A DNA stretch of 64,000 bases from Lingula anatina (lineage: Eukaryota > Animalia > Brachiopoda): NCBI GenBank assembly GCA_051362555.1, contig CM120641.1:47374401-47438400 (forward strand), in the 5' to 3' direction. The position numbers and the translations under genes are program-made. How positions within the stretch are numbered: the first letter of the stretch is position 1; the number at the start of each line of letters is the position of its first letter. Below, one piece after another: positions 10,618 to 23,000 of this stretch. Below the pieces are notes generated by a model, which worked only from the letters and a program-made list of their open reading frames with translations, was not told the DNA's origin and searched no databases.

Positions 10618-12666
10618 TATGTTAATTATACTGGCTTCAGTTCAAAAGCAAATAGTAAACAGACAAAATTAGTAGACATTATTAAAGTGGTAGATGACTT
10701 TCATCCAAACATGTTTGGTGTGGAAAATTTATCAAGTTTCAAAATTCACAACTACTACATTGTGCGTGTTGAAAGTTTGTGGTTATTTTTCTAGCTGAAT
10801 AGTGATGATTTAACAGTCTTGTACTACAGTAATTTTACAATATTGTTTATTTGAGATATCATCAGACATTCATCTATTAACTATATAACACAATTGGAAG
10901 AGATTTGAGCTGTGACTGAAATAATGATTTAGCTTTTTTTTTTTTAGGTAAAAGTGCCTCCTAGTTTTCCCAAACCTAATGTGACGTAACCCCTGTGACA
11001 TTCCATACTGGACCTGTGAGAGCCGCCTCAACATAAAAGTGACTTTGTTATCAGATTGAAAACCATTCATCATAATGTTCATGTCCAACTGTGTGATGTA
11101 TAATGTCAAATGTCCATTCAGTGCTATACTCTGTGTGTCTCAGAAGATATTGGGTAATTTGTGTGTGGTTGTAAATATTGACAGTTGATTTTTCTTGAGC
11201 TTCTGAAGAAAAATATATTTTTGGATGTCTGTGGTATCATTTAAGGTTGTTTAGGTGTATTTTGTTTTTGTGGTAAAGTTTTGATTTGGTTGATAGAATG
11301 TTAAGAATACTGGATAAATATACTTGATATTATTTAGATGTTTCATTGTAGTTTCTAGGAATCTAAATATTGAAACATGCCATATGATTCTCCGGGGTAG
11401 AGTGTCACTGATGAGATGACATATAGACTTGATATGTTAACATTGAAGAATGAAATGAGGCACAAGAGATGCAATTTACAAGCAGCAGTTCTGGTTGTGT
11501 CAGACATAATACCTTTAGTGTATCTTGACTTGTATTGTTATGTCTAGTCATTTGATTGTTATCAAAAACTAAAAGTTGTAGCCATTACTTTGTTTTTTCA
11601 ATTATATTTTTATCTTCAACTGCTAAGCCATTGGTTAATAATAACAATTATTCAGAATGGTGAAGAAGAAAAAGACCTATTTCATTCTTAATACATCGGT
11701 TTATCATTGTGTATCATACAGAGATTCTTCCTTGTCGTATTTAGTACCAGTATCTTTTGTTAAACATGTTACATTTATCAGTTTTAATGTTTTAGCCTCT
11801 CTTATAAAGGAATAAGAACAAAAGGGCCTCTGTGAATCCTTATGTTTTTTAAAAGTCTGCTTCAATTCTGTGTTAGAAAAAGTTCTAGCGTTTTAGAAAA
11901 AGAATTCAATGAATGTTCCCAATTCAACTAGGCAATTCCTATGATTAGATGTGGCATTCATGGGTTTCTCAATAGTACTACGTAGTAATAGTATAGTGCT
12001 TAGTTTGTAGGCTTTTTGTATATTGGATCAGAATTACATGTAGTAGCTGCATTATTGAAGCTTGGCTTTTCATTTAATTGGTATTTAATATTGAAGGAAA
12101 ATAGATCATAGACGTGTGCACATTAAATTTTTTCTAAAATGTTCCTGAAGATAATAGTTTGTAGGTGATGGTATAGAGAAAATCTTTAGAATATAACAGT
12201 GGAATAATTTCATGCTTATTATCATATGTTTATTTCTTTTTATTTCCTTTTTCCATTTGCAAGTACCTGTATTTTGTTAATTGATTGTTCTGTACATTTG
12301 GCTAAAGATGATGTATGGAATTCTTCTTTTTAGAAAAAGAAATAAATAGAGTTATACCATTGTTTAATATGAAATAAAAACTTCTTGATTCAATATTTGG
12401 TTCATTTACAATGTTTTGCATTTGTTGATATCGCGGTTTTAACGTGCATGTCGTGTAGCTGTCAGAAATGCAGTGCATCATATTTACTTCACCAGAATGG
12501 AGTTGCAGTAAGTAATCCATGAACATTCACGGGTAGTTGAAACTATAAATAATAAGAGGTTATGGAGATTATTACATTATAAGAAAATAAAAACAAAGGC
12601 AGTATGATAATATGTTTGTAAACAGCAAAAAAGAAATTGCTTTCTAAAATCATAGAACTACATTTT

Positions 12667-12823
12667 TAGGGGCGGATCCAGAGATATTTTCTGACAGTTT
12701 TCCAAATTATCTTTGCTGATCCATCCTCCTTTTCTGGCCGTCTTCTGACAGAAGAAATTAGATACCCGTCAATGTAAAGTTGAAAATCTGGAAGACCCAG
12801 AAGACGGCCTCAATCCGCCCCTG
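12667..12823 (+). mobile_element. Short hAT-like MITE, copy 1
   Basis: Ends aggggcggat ... atccgcccctg are inverted repeats. Colinear with 44694-44860. Confidence 0.75.
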
Positions 12824-13139
12824 ATCATGGGGTCCAGAATTGTGTGAAAAGAACATTTACATATCTCGAGAAGTATGAAATGGACTCTTCTTGAAATTTC
12901 CGAAAAAGTCCGTAGGGTGCTGCCACCTTTTGGTTCTATTTATCACTAAAAGTACAAATTTTCTTCAATAGATGACGCCACAGTATAGCCTAAATATTTA
13001 ATTTGGCTTATATCCTCAGGCTTTCATCAATTATAAAAAAGGTACAGTTGACTTTATGTCTCACGATACATTTATTTTGTTGAATATCATTATTATTACG
13101 ACATTTTTGTTTCGCACATTTCGAAAATAAACCTTAAAT

Positions 13140-13356
13140 ACCAATGACTTCCTTTTTACCTTACAAGAGAGCATGCGCGTACCTCTCAAACATCAAAATG
13201 GCGCTCAAAGTAAAGCTCTGTCGAGAGAGAAACACATATCATTGATAATTGAATGCTCTCTTGAACTGATCGGTAGATTGATTGTTCAGTTTATACCAAA
13301 TCAAGTACTGGAAGTCACCTAAGATCCAGGATCGGTTACCAGATAGCAGGGTAAGT
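13140..13356 (+). promoter_or_regulatory. Probable WAPL promoter and 5' non-coding exon
   Basis: NRF1-like gcatgcgc (13171), YY1-like caaaatggcg (13194) and a consensus donor agg|gtaagt at 13351. Acceptor tttcag at 14074 precedes the ATG at 14093. Confidence 0.5.
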
Positions 13357-14092
13357 AATAAAATGATATGTAACAGGCACTCCTTTATTGTAGCCCTGTA
13401 ATTTGGACATTGAGAAACAAGTAAACAAACAACTCCTACTTCATCGCATTGACTATCCAGTAAAATTTTCTCCACTTTATCAGAATATCGCTCAGATGTT
13501 CAAGTTGACTGTTGATTATGATCATTGTCAAATGGCACACGGCCTGTTTAGTGCTAATGCCATTGCATAAGTGATCATCTCCAAGAAACAAAGGGGTCAC
13601 TTTCGCGATGTAAGAAGAGGAAAGGGGTAAAACCGTCCAAGTGGCCGTGAAGGTGTTTTTGTCTAAAAATTATATTCATGCTGTTCTTCTATTGAAAGTA
13701 ATAAATAGCACATGTTGCTATTTCTCCCTTCTCAGGATTTATTGGATTATTTCTTTAAAGTTTATTTTTCATTCTTAATAAAGAAAAAAAAAATGAAAAG
13801 AAAAATGCACAATATCTTGTAAGTTTTTTATATGTTGGACACATTTTGTGAAGGATTGGGAAGGAAATGTTTAAATTGCTGACAGGGTTGCAATCCTCTG
13901 ATGATTTCATTCCAGATACTTCTCACATTAAAATGCTTTTGGTCTTAAAATGAACAAATTTAATAAGGTTTGGATTTTTAAGGCAGTGTCAAGGTATTCC
14001 CTGTAATGGCAATTAATCTCCATCTTATAAAATTATGATACAATAATAACAAAAACATGCCGTTGCACTTTCAGATACTCAAGTTTTAAAAG

Positions 14093-17000
14093 ATGGCCAC
14101 TAGATACCCACTGAAGACATACACACGCAAGAACAAGAAAGAATCCTATGCAAGTAAAGCATTTGATGACCTCTTCAATAGTGCCAAAAACAAGCCAGTA
14201 ACAGAGAGAGCAGGGAACACGGGCAGATGGAGCACTCAGACCTATGCCCCAAGTCGCAGCACTGTAGATGCCAAACGAAGACGGCTCAATAGTGATGAAG
14301 ATCCGTACAGCTTTGATGAAGGGGACAAGAGTCCCAACAAACTTAAAAATGCTAATGTCCAAACAACTCCTAAGAAAGTCACCAGATCCTCTTCTCAAAA
14401 TAATGAATCATCTGTCACTCCACCCAAAGTGTTTTATGGAGAGCAAAAAAATGACTTCAAATCCACCAAATCCTACACAGAGGAGAAGAAAATCAGCAAA
14501 ATTGTCTCAAAAACTGACAAATCCAGCAGCTTGTCCTCGAGAGCTGAGGGAACATCCAGGTCTGTCAGGACCAATAAAAGTACAAAAAGTACTGATTCCA
14601 AAAAGCAAATGTCTATAGACTCTTTCACAAGAAGAACAAGCACTAGTCCAAGTGGGAATACGGACCATCAGTATGCCATGGAAGTGTCCCCTCCAACTGC
14701 CAACTCCGACGACGGGAACGTGTTAGATACATGCAGCGAGGGCAGCGCAGACTCAGAAATAGTATTCAATTTTAAGACCAGTAGCAATGACAGATCAGAT
14801 CATAACTATTCTACAGCAAAGGAGAAAAGCAAGGATGTCAAGACTGTGAACTCTCAGCACAGACCAGAGAGGAGATCTCCTAAGAAGTCCACTGCAAAGT
14901 CTACCACAACAACATCAACAACATACAGGAGTAGTCATGATAAAGAAGAGCCTGACAGCAGCTCTAAGACATGGTGGTTAGAGTCTTCTCCTACAAGATC
15001 CAACTGTGAAGAAAGTTCTCCAGTCAGATTAATCTCTTCCTCTCCTCTGTATTCTCAGAACAGTAAAACAAGGACTACAACAACAGACTATGATCTCCAG
15101 ACTGAGGAGGGTACCAGTAATGCTCATGTATCAAAACATAAACAAACCCATACTGTCAAGAATGGGAGTAAGTCTTCTATAAGTAAAACGGAAGATGTTA
15201 AAAATGATCATAAAAAATCAACTGACAGTGATAACAAAGTCGAAGATGACAGCAAGGTTAAAGTTCAAACTATTCAGAGACAAGATTCCACTAAAGTTAA
15301 AGTTCTAGAGCAGGACGAGTGGTTGAAATTAGTAGGCGGAAAAAGTTCATACAGTAAAAGTAACAAAGGCAGCAATAAAATTAGTAGTAGTAGTACTAGT
15401 AGTAGTGTTACTAAGAAAGAAGTCAAAACTAAAGAAAAGGAGAAACCCAAGGAAGTAGAGGAATTCACCCTCAGTGATAGTGATGACAATGAAAATGGCC
15501 AAGTAAATGGAGAAATTGCTGTGAGGCAGAGACAAGAGCTAGATCCAGAAAAGAAAAAACTTATAGAAATGAGAAATCAGAAACTGCAGCAGATGGACAG
15601 AATAAAAGAGCCTAAATTTGGACCTGCCACCAAAAGATTGCTTAGCAGTCCAAAGAAGGTATGTCTTTATGACATGTAAGGGGGGGGGGGGGCTCACACT
15701 GAATGCAGTAAGATTAATGGAGTAATGCACCTCCTCCTGGCTTTGAGTAGAACACTAAAGCTCATGATTATTCAAGTATGTTGGAAACAAGGTGTGTGTT
15801 AGTCTGGTTACATTCAGTGAGATTCCCTACAGAGTAAGTTATCACTACCTAGTGTGACAATGATAGCTAGTAAGATGGTTTCTTTGTGAACAAACTCTAT
15901 GCAAACTTCATAATGATGCTTCTACACAAAGAATATTTGTAGAAAGTTTTATCACACCATCAATCATTTTGTTTCTGTAGAAATCATAAAGATGATTGAA
16001 AACTGAGGAAGTTATTGGCAGTCTTTGTTCTTGTAATATTGCAGGTCTCTCCAAACTTGCCTGGCACTGGGAAAGCTGTGTATAATCCCAGGCCCTGGGC
16101 AATGACAAAAGCTGCTAGTGTTGGGGTAGGTATCTTTAGGACAGTTTTTGTCAATTTTATAAGTATGTTATATACACTGTGAATTTGAGAAACTGTACTT
16201 CTTGGCATAATACAAGTGGAAGATGTCTGTTGTTGTGACACATCCAACCCCCCCTTGTTTATTTATTTTACTAATTTTTTATTGAGTGATTGGTTTAAAA
16301 TTGGTTTAAATCCATATTTTCAATTCACAAACCAGTGTTAATACCACACTTTATCAAGCTATATACCTCTCCATGTTTTCCAGGACATAGGTTCTAGTCA
16401 GGAGTCTCAGAGTTCAAGGGGAACCTCCTCCTCTGCTGCCTTCACCCCAGACTTTGATGAAGATTTGAAGCCTCCCCCCAAGCTGCACAGGACCACCTCC
16501 CTGCCCAAGAAGTTGTCAGAACCACAAGCTGTGACCTCTCTCAAGGTGCAGAGAGAATACAAACAGGTTGGAGACTGTCTATCTGTCTGTCACCTTGGGC
16601 ATAACTTAATGAGGACCTCTATCACAGAAGTTATATTATTAGATTAACTGCTCCATTTTGCATTTCTTCCATGATGAGATAAATCTTACTTCATGGCAGT
16701 GATTACAGAAAGAGGCTTTAACGGCATTTGAAATGTTATGATATTGTTATATGTGATATCTATTTCTTAGCACAGTTGTTAGTTTTCAGTGCAAGAAAGA
16801 AGTAAGATAAATCTTGTTTCATGCTGTCCTTTCAGCTGTTCACTGTGGTACGCAATGTTAAAGAGGCCCATGAGTGCCAGGAGCATGGAGAAACTCAGGA
16901 GTTCTTTGATGACATTGAGTACCTCCTGGATGGACTGAGAGATGTACAGAGCCCCAGTACACGATGTCTGAGGTACCTTGGGTGTAGGACAGATATAGAT

Positions 17001-20000
17001 ATAGTACTGAAAAATATAGAGTACTGGATAGGATAGGATAGTAGGAAATGCTACTGGAAAAACTGGGCTCTTTTCACATTGCATGATACAGTGATTATTA
17101 CAGCTCCAGTTTCAGATATTGACAGCTTCTTGGCTATAACTTAAGAGAGTCAGCTAAATAAAGCCCCCATAATCCACACCTCCAGTTAGAAAACTGTTCC
17201 CTGCAATGTGAAAAGAGCCATAGATCTCTTACTGTGGCAGCATACATTGTGATGTGACAGTCCAGTCTTATTTTTTTTATTATTTTTTTTTTTTTTGGGG
17301 GGGGGGGGTTAACACTCGGTACAATGTGAGGAGAATCCTCTCTTGTCTTGGTTGCTGTGGTAATACATAAGTGGTAGCTTTGTTACAGTTAATACATTAT
17401 TGATGTATACCTCCTATGATTGCACATTACCTTTACATAATAACAATAACTGCTGCACTGGAGAGAAAATGACTTGAATTGTGTTATTGTATTTTTGTAT
17501 AAGATATGTTTTCTGCTGTTTTAGTCCATTACTATTATACCATTCTGGTTGTAAGCAACTGTTTTGTTCTCTGTTTCAGTTGTATGGGGCTAGCCACCAA
17601 AAGTGCAATGGCAGCTTTCAGGATGCATCTCCGTGCACACGGCGTTGTCACGAGGATATTCACAGCTCTTCATGATGCTTGCTCACATCCTGTAAGAACA
17701 ACATTGATATTACACTTCATTTGTTGTACTGTGTGGTGGATAAAAAGAACAGTTTGAAATCTGTGTATAATGAGCTTTACAGAGCTGTTTACAAAGTTTC
17801 TCTTTGTTGTCTGATATAACAAAATCATTTCAATTGTTCTGGAAAACATCTTTTCATTTATCTATTTATTTATTTATTTTTTTTTTTAGGGGGGAATGTT
17901 TGGTTATAATTCATCTTGCATTTCTGATGCACTGGCAAAATCTTGGCTTTTAGAAAAAAAAAAAGATTGACCTATTGATTCCTCTCTTGCAGAGTTTGGC
18001 CCTGGCCACAGCCACTGTGATGCACATGTTGAGTCGCGACAGGTTAAATATGGACCTGGACAAGGAGTCGCTAGAACTGATGGTGAAACTGCTCAGCGTT
18101 GACGCCCAGTACACCTCAGAGAATGTCAGCGCAGACAGGGAGTACCAGAAAACACGGGAGAAGGTTACAGAGCTGTTGACACAGATCAAGAAAGAGGGAG
18201 GGGCAAAGCATCTGGATTTGACTGACATTTCTGTAAGTTTGATTATGCCTGGGATTCGGTTTATTTTATACTGAGATGAAAGTTATTTATCTTTATATAC
18301 AACTCTACACTTTTTATCCCAACCACTAAAGCATTCCTGGACATATAACACTCTGAGATTGGGTGCTCTTATCCATTCATTCACTCACTCATTATTTTAT
18401 TCCTTTATTCATGTAATATTGATCTTGGTTTTATGTAAAGAAATACCAGTACTATGCTCCTTTCTTGTTACTACATTGTAGAAGCAATGTTGCTGTATTA
18501 GTTCAAATGGTGATTATAATGGACTTTAAGTACAGGTCAGATCAAAACTAGGCATGATCCTTTTTTTTTTTCCAAAGGTATACTATCAAGACAATCCAGC
18601 CCTAAAAAAAATCCCCACCCCACCCCCTCCTGTTATGAGTAGCATACTGAAAATCAACTAAGTAATATTAAGAAAAATTATGCCTGCCTTTAATAAAATG
18701 TATCTTCAGGTAGAGGTGGGGTAAACATCATCTCACTCATCTAGGTTTCCTTTTGATGAAATGACTCTTACTTTATAGTGTTGTTCCCCCTTTATCCCTC
18801 AATCACATTGCCTTCCTTTAATCAAGGTGCATCCCCTGGTGGAATTAGAGTAAACAAATCACACTCATCTTTTAATCTTAGGCCTGTTTAAGTGCATAAG
18901 TGAGCTTCCTGAATTTTATAATTAGTAGTCAATCCTTGCTTTTTAAAATTCATTTTCTGTTTCCTTTCTTTCTTATATTCAGTAAAATAGTCAAGAAATG
19001 TATAAATATATTTAAAATATATTTTTCAACAGTGGTGTATTTTTTTGCTGGGGGGGGTGGGGGGTGCAGGGGTAGTTGGTACTTGTTTGGGGGATGGGGG
19101 GGATGTCCTAGAATCTTTTTCAATTTATGTGATGTTGACCCTGTACATAACATAAGTCTGGGGTTGAACTGTCACAGTCACTTTGTATACTGCTGTATTA
19201 TTTTGTCAGTCTAAAAGTTTGAACTGATTTAAGTTATCTAAACATGTGTTTTCTACCTGGTCTTTTTGTAGACAAGATGACAGGGAGAAGTACCACATAA
19301 TGACATTATTAAGATTATTGTCTGTCTATACATAGATTTAAAAGCACCCAAAAAGAATTATCCTCGTATTTGTAAGAATGAGTCTTGAATTTAAGAAGAC
19401 TTCCCACATTTTTCAAGCTACTTAAGATATTTGTACACATAATAAGAGTAACCATTACCAGTATCTCCTCAGAGTATTTCTCTGTATTCCAGACTGGCAA
19501 GTTGGCCATGGAATCCATGCTGAGTCTGACCTCAAGGAAAGCTGGAGAGTGGTTTAAGGAGGAACTCAGAGCCCTGGGAGGACTGGACTACTTTGTGCAA
19601 TCAGGTAGGACTATAGTGAGACTGACTCTGGAAATAACTTCATCAATGGTCTAAGTGAAGGCAGAGATATACAACAGTCCCTGTTTAGTCCTGGTGAGGG
19701 TGTACCTGGTGTCTTACCCTCTCTGCAAACTGTCTTATCTCTGCTGTCTCCATAGCTGACCATGTATAGAGCCAATGTGTTGTTGGTATTATAACTATAA
19801 TAATAATAATATTAATATTGATAATAATAGTTTATTATTATTATTATTATTATTATTATGTCAAGACTTAACAGGTAGACTTAAGTATGCCCTGTGTGAG
19901 CTGGTACCACCAAAGGGCTACAATGGAGCTACTCTTTATGGAAACTGGTGTGAACAAAAAACTGAAACCAAAGAAGTGTCTTATTAGGGTTATTTGATGT

Positions 20001-23000
20001 GTCTGTGTGTTGGTCACTGTTATTTCATCTTCCAGGCCATAGATACTGACACCTCACTGAGAATATAACTTTAGAAAGGCATAAACACAAGCCTCACCGC
20101 GTTGTAAACACAGAAGCCTCTCATTTAACTATGAACATGATACATCTTCCTGACCCGATTACCAGGACACATATTGTTTTCTCTTCTTGGCAGCTGATGA
20201 AGCTTTGCTAAGATAGGATATTAAAGGGTTTCAAGGGGAAATGAATCATAAATTGTCTTCAAAAACAATGTTGTATTAAGCCCCACGGTTCACAGTATCA
20301 TGTTCTTATTTCAGTTGCTGACTGTGTGGATTATTTCATCATGGAGGATGAAGAATTATCAGAGTCCCATGTTGACAAACTTAGGACAATAGACCGCTGT
20401 CTGAGGGTCTTAGAAAATGTAAGTTGGAAAAGGACTTCTAATTATTTAAGAGAAATTATAATAGAGTCATGTTTCATTGAACTTGGGGCTTTTGTGGGGT
20501 TACTAGGCATCCAGGTATCCTTCCAGCCCATGCTGTACTCCCTGTACAGGGGGTTCTTGGTGTGTGATAGAGTTCTGTTTCTGCAGGGTGTCATACAGTG
20601 AATTTTGTGTTTGTTTCCAGCACCAATGTCACCTGTTAATGCAGTAGTAAGGCCATAATTAAGGGCATAAAGATACACTTCTTAAGCTTAAAAACATCAC
20701 TAATGCTTATCTAAGATGGCCATATAGTTCCCTCTGAATTGTATTTCTAATGGAAAGAACAGAAATGTAAACAATAGTTATTTATAGAAATGTAACCACA
20801 AAGGTTTGCATAACAAGATTCCAAGGACAATTGTAGGTGATATACCTGTATTGTTCAAAACATTCTTGAAGATGATTATGTTATTGGCTTTGTGCTCGAC
20901 TCCTGTATGTCTGTATGAGAACTGGCATTGAGAAAATAACAGGAAAGGTAAGAAAAAATTGTATTGTTAACAAATGGGAACAGTGAAGAGCATTTTCGTG
21001 TTTTGTTTATTTCAGGTGACTTTCATGAACACTGAAAATCAGACATATCTAATTGGCTGCAAGAATTCTACCTTAATTACAGCTCTCTGCAGGTTAGTGA
21101 AGCTAATTATGTTATTTGTAGATTGTGTCACTCAAACTAATCACTATCTTTGGCAGAGATGAATTCCTCTAGTGTTGGAAAATGATTACACTTACAGTGT
21201 CGCCTATTTTGTCAGCCTTCACATTGCTATATGGATGGAAGTATGGGATGAGAATCATTTGTAATGATAATAATTTTACCAGTATAAATTGCCTTATACA
21301 TGTTTCATTGTAATGAAAAAGAAGATATATTGACATCCTGTTTAGTCATTGATTTATCTGAGACATAATGGATTAAGTCATCCCAATCTTGACATGGACA
21401 GAATAGATTTTGTCTCTGAAACTGAACAGTAACTGTATGGTATATATGTCAGGAGTAGAAGTATAGGCTAAGGTTAATTTTGGTGTCTTCCAGGGGTTTA
21501 AAGGTGTGTGAAGGAGCCATGAGTCAGTACACCCTGAGTGACACAGATAGTAAGACAGTGGACAAGAACAGCACAGGATACATTATCTTCCATACCCTGC
21601 TCTCAATACTCAGGGTGCTCCTGAATATAACACATGATAATGGTAAGTACTAGTAGGGATACTCAGGGGGCTCCTTAATATAACACATGATAATGGTAAG
21701 TATTGATACTCAGGGTGCTTCTCAGTATAACACATGATAATGGTAAGTAGGTATGAGAGAAATACACCAATTAATGTATGTGATTTGAAAAATTGTTTCA
21801 ATTTAACCAATAAGCTGATACAAGAAATCAATACTGGTTTCAATTTAATTCACTTCATAATTTACTATATTTACGTTCGTAACAAAGGTGTAATTGTCAT
21901 ATTTCCAGAGTTTGGCAGTACAAAGGTTGGTTCTCAGCATGGACTTCTGAGCACTGTACTGCTGTGTATACTACAGATACCCAAGTACGCGCCCTCAGAC
22001 CAGAAGTTTGATCTCTTAGTCTTGGTAAGTCTGTCTTCTGTGATACAGAACTTTCTGTGAACCAGACAGCTTGTTCTACCATGTACCAGACCTGTACCCT
22101 CATGTATGTCCCAGACCTGTACCCTCATGTATGTCCCAGACCTGTACCCTCATGTATGTCCCAGACCTGTACACTCATGTATGTCCCAGACCTGTATCCT
22201 CATGTATGTCCCAGACCTGTACCCTCATGTATGTCCCAGACCTCTACCTTCATGTATGTCCCAGACCTGTATCCTCATGTATGTCCCAGACCTGTACCCT
22301 CATGTTGTCCCAGACCTGTACCCTCCTGTATGTCCCAGACCTGTACCCTCATGTGTGTCCCAGACCTGAACCCTCATGTGTGTCCCAGACCTGTACCCTC
22401 ATGTATGTCCCAGACCTGTTCCCTTTTGTATGTCCCAGACCTGTACCTTCCTGTATGTCCCAGACATGTACCCTCATGTATGTCCCAGACCTGTACCCTT
22501 TTGTATGTTTCAGACATGTACCCTCATGTATGTCCCAGACCTGTACCCTCATGTGTGTCCCAGACCTGTGTCCTCATGTATGTCCCAGACCTGTTCCCTT
22601 TTGTATGTCCCAGACCTGTACCTTCCTGTATGTCCCAGACCTGTACCTTCATGTATGTCCCAGACCTGTACCTTCATGTGAGTCCCAGACCTGTACCCTC
22701 ATGTATGTCCCAGACCTGTTCCCTCATGTATGTCCCAGACCTGTTCCCTCATGTACGTCCCAGACCTGTACCCTCATGTATGTCCCAGACCTGTACCCAT
22801 ATGTATGTCCCAGACCTGTACCCTCATGTATGTCCCAGACCTGTACCCTCATGTATGTCCCAGACCTGTACCCTCATGTATGTCCCAGACCTGTACCCTC
22901 ATGTATGTCCCAGACCTGTACCCTCATGTATGTCCCAGACTTGTACCCTCATGTATGTCCCAGACCTGTAATCTTGTCTGTGTTTTAGATAATATCTTTG

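Noticed and set aside
14033-14618. Antisense and alternate-frame ORFs over WAPL exon 1
   Set aside because: Shadow ORFs of the real coding exon.
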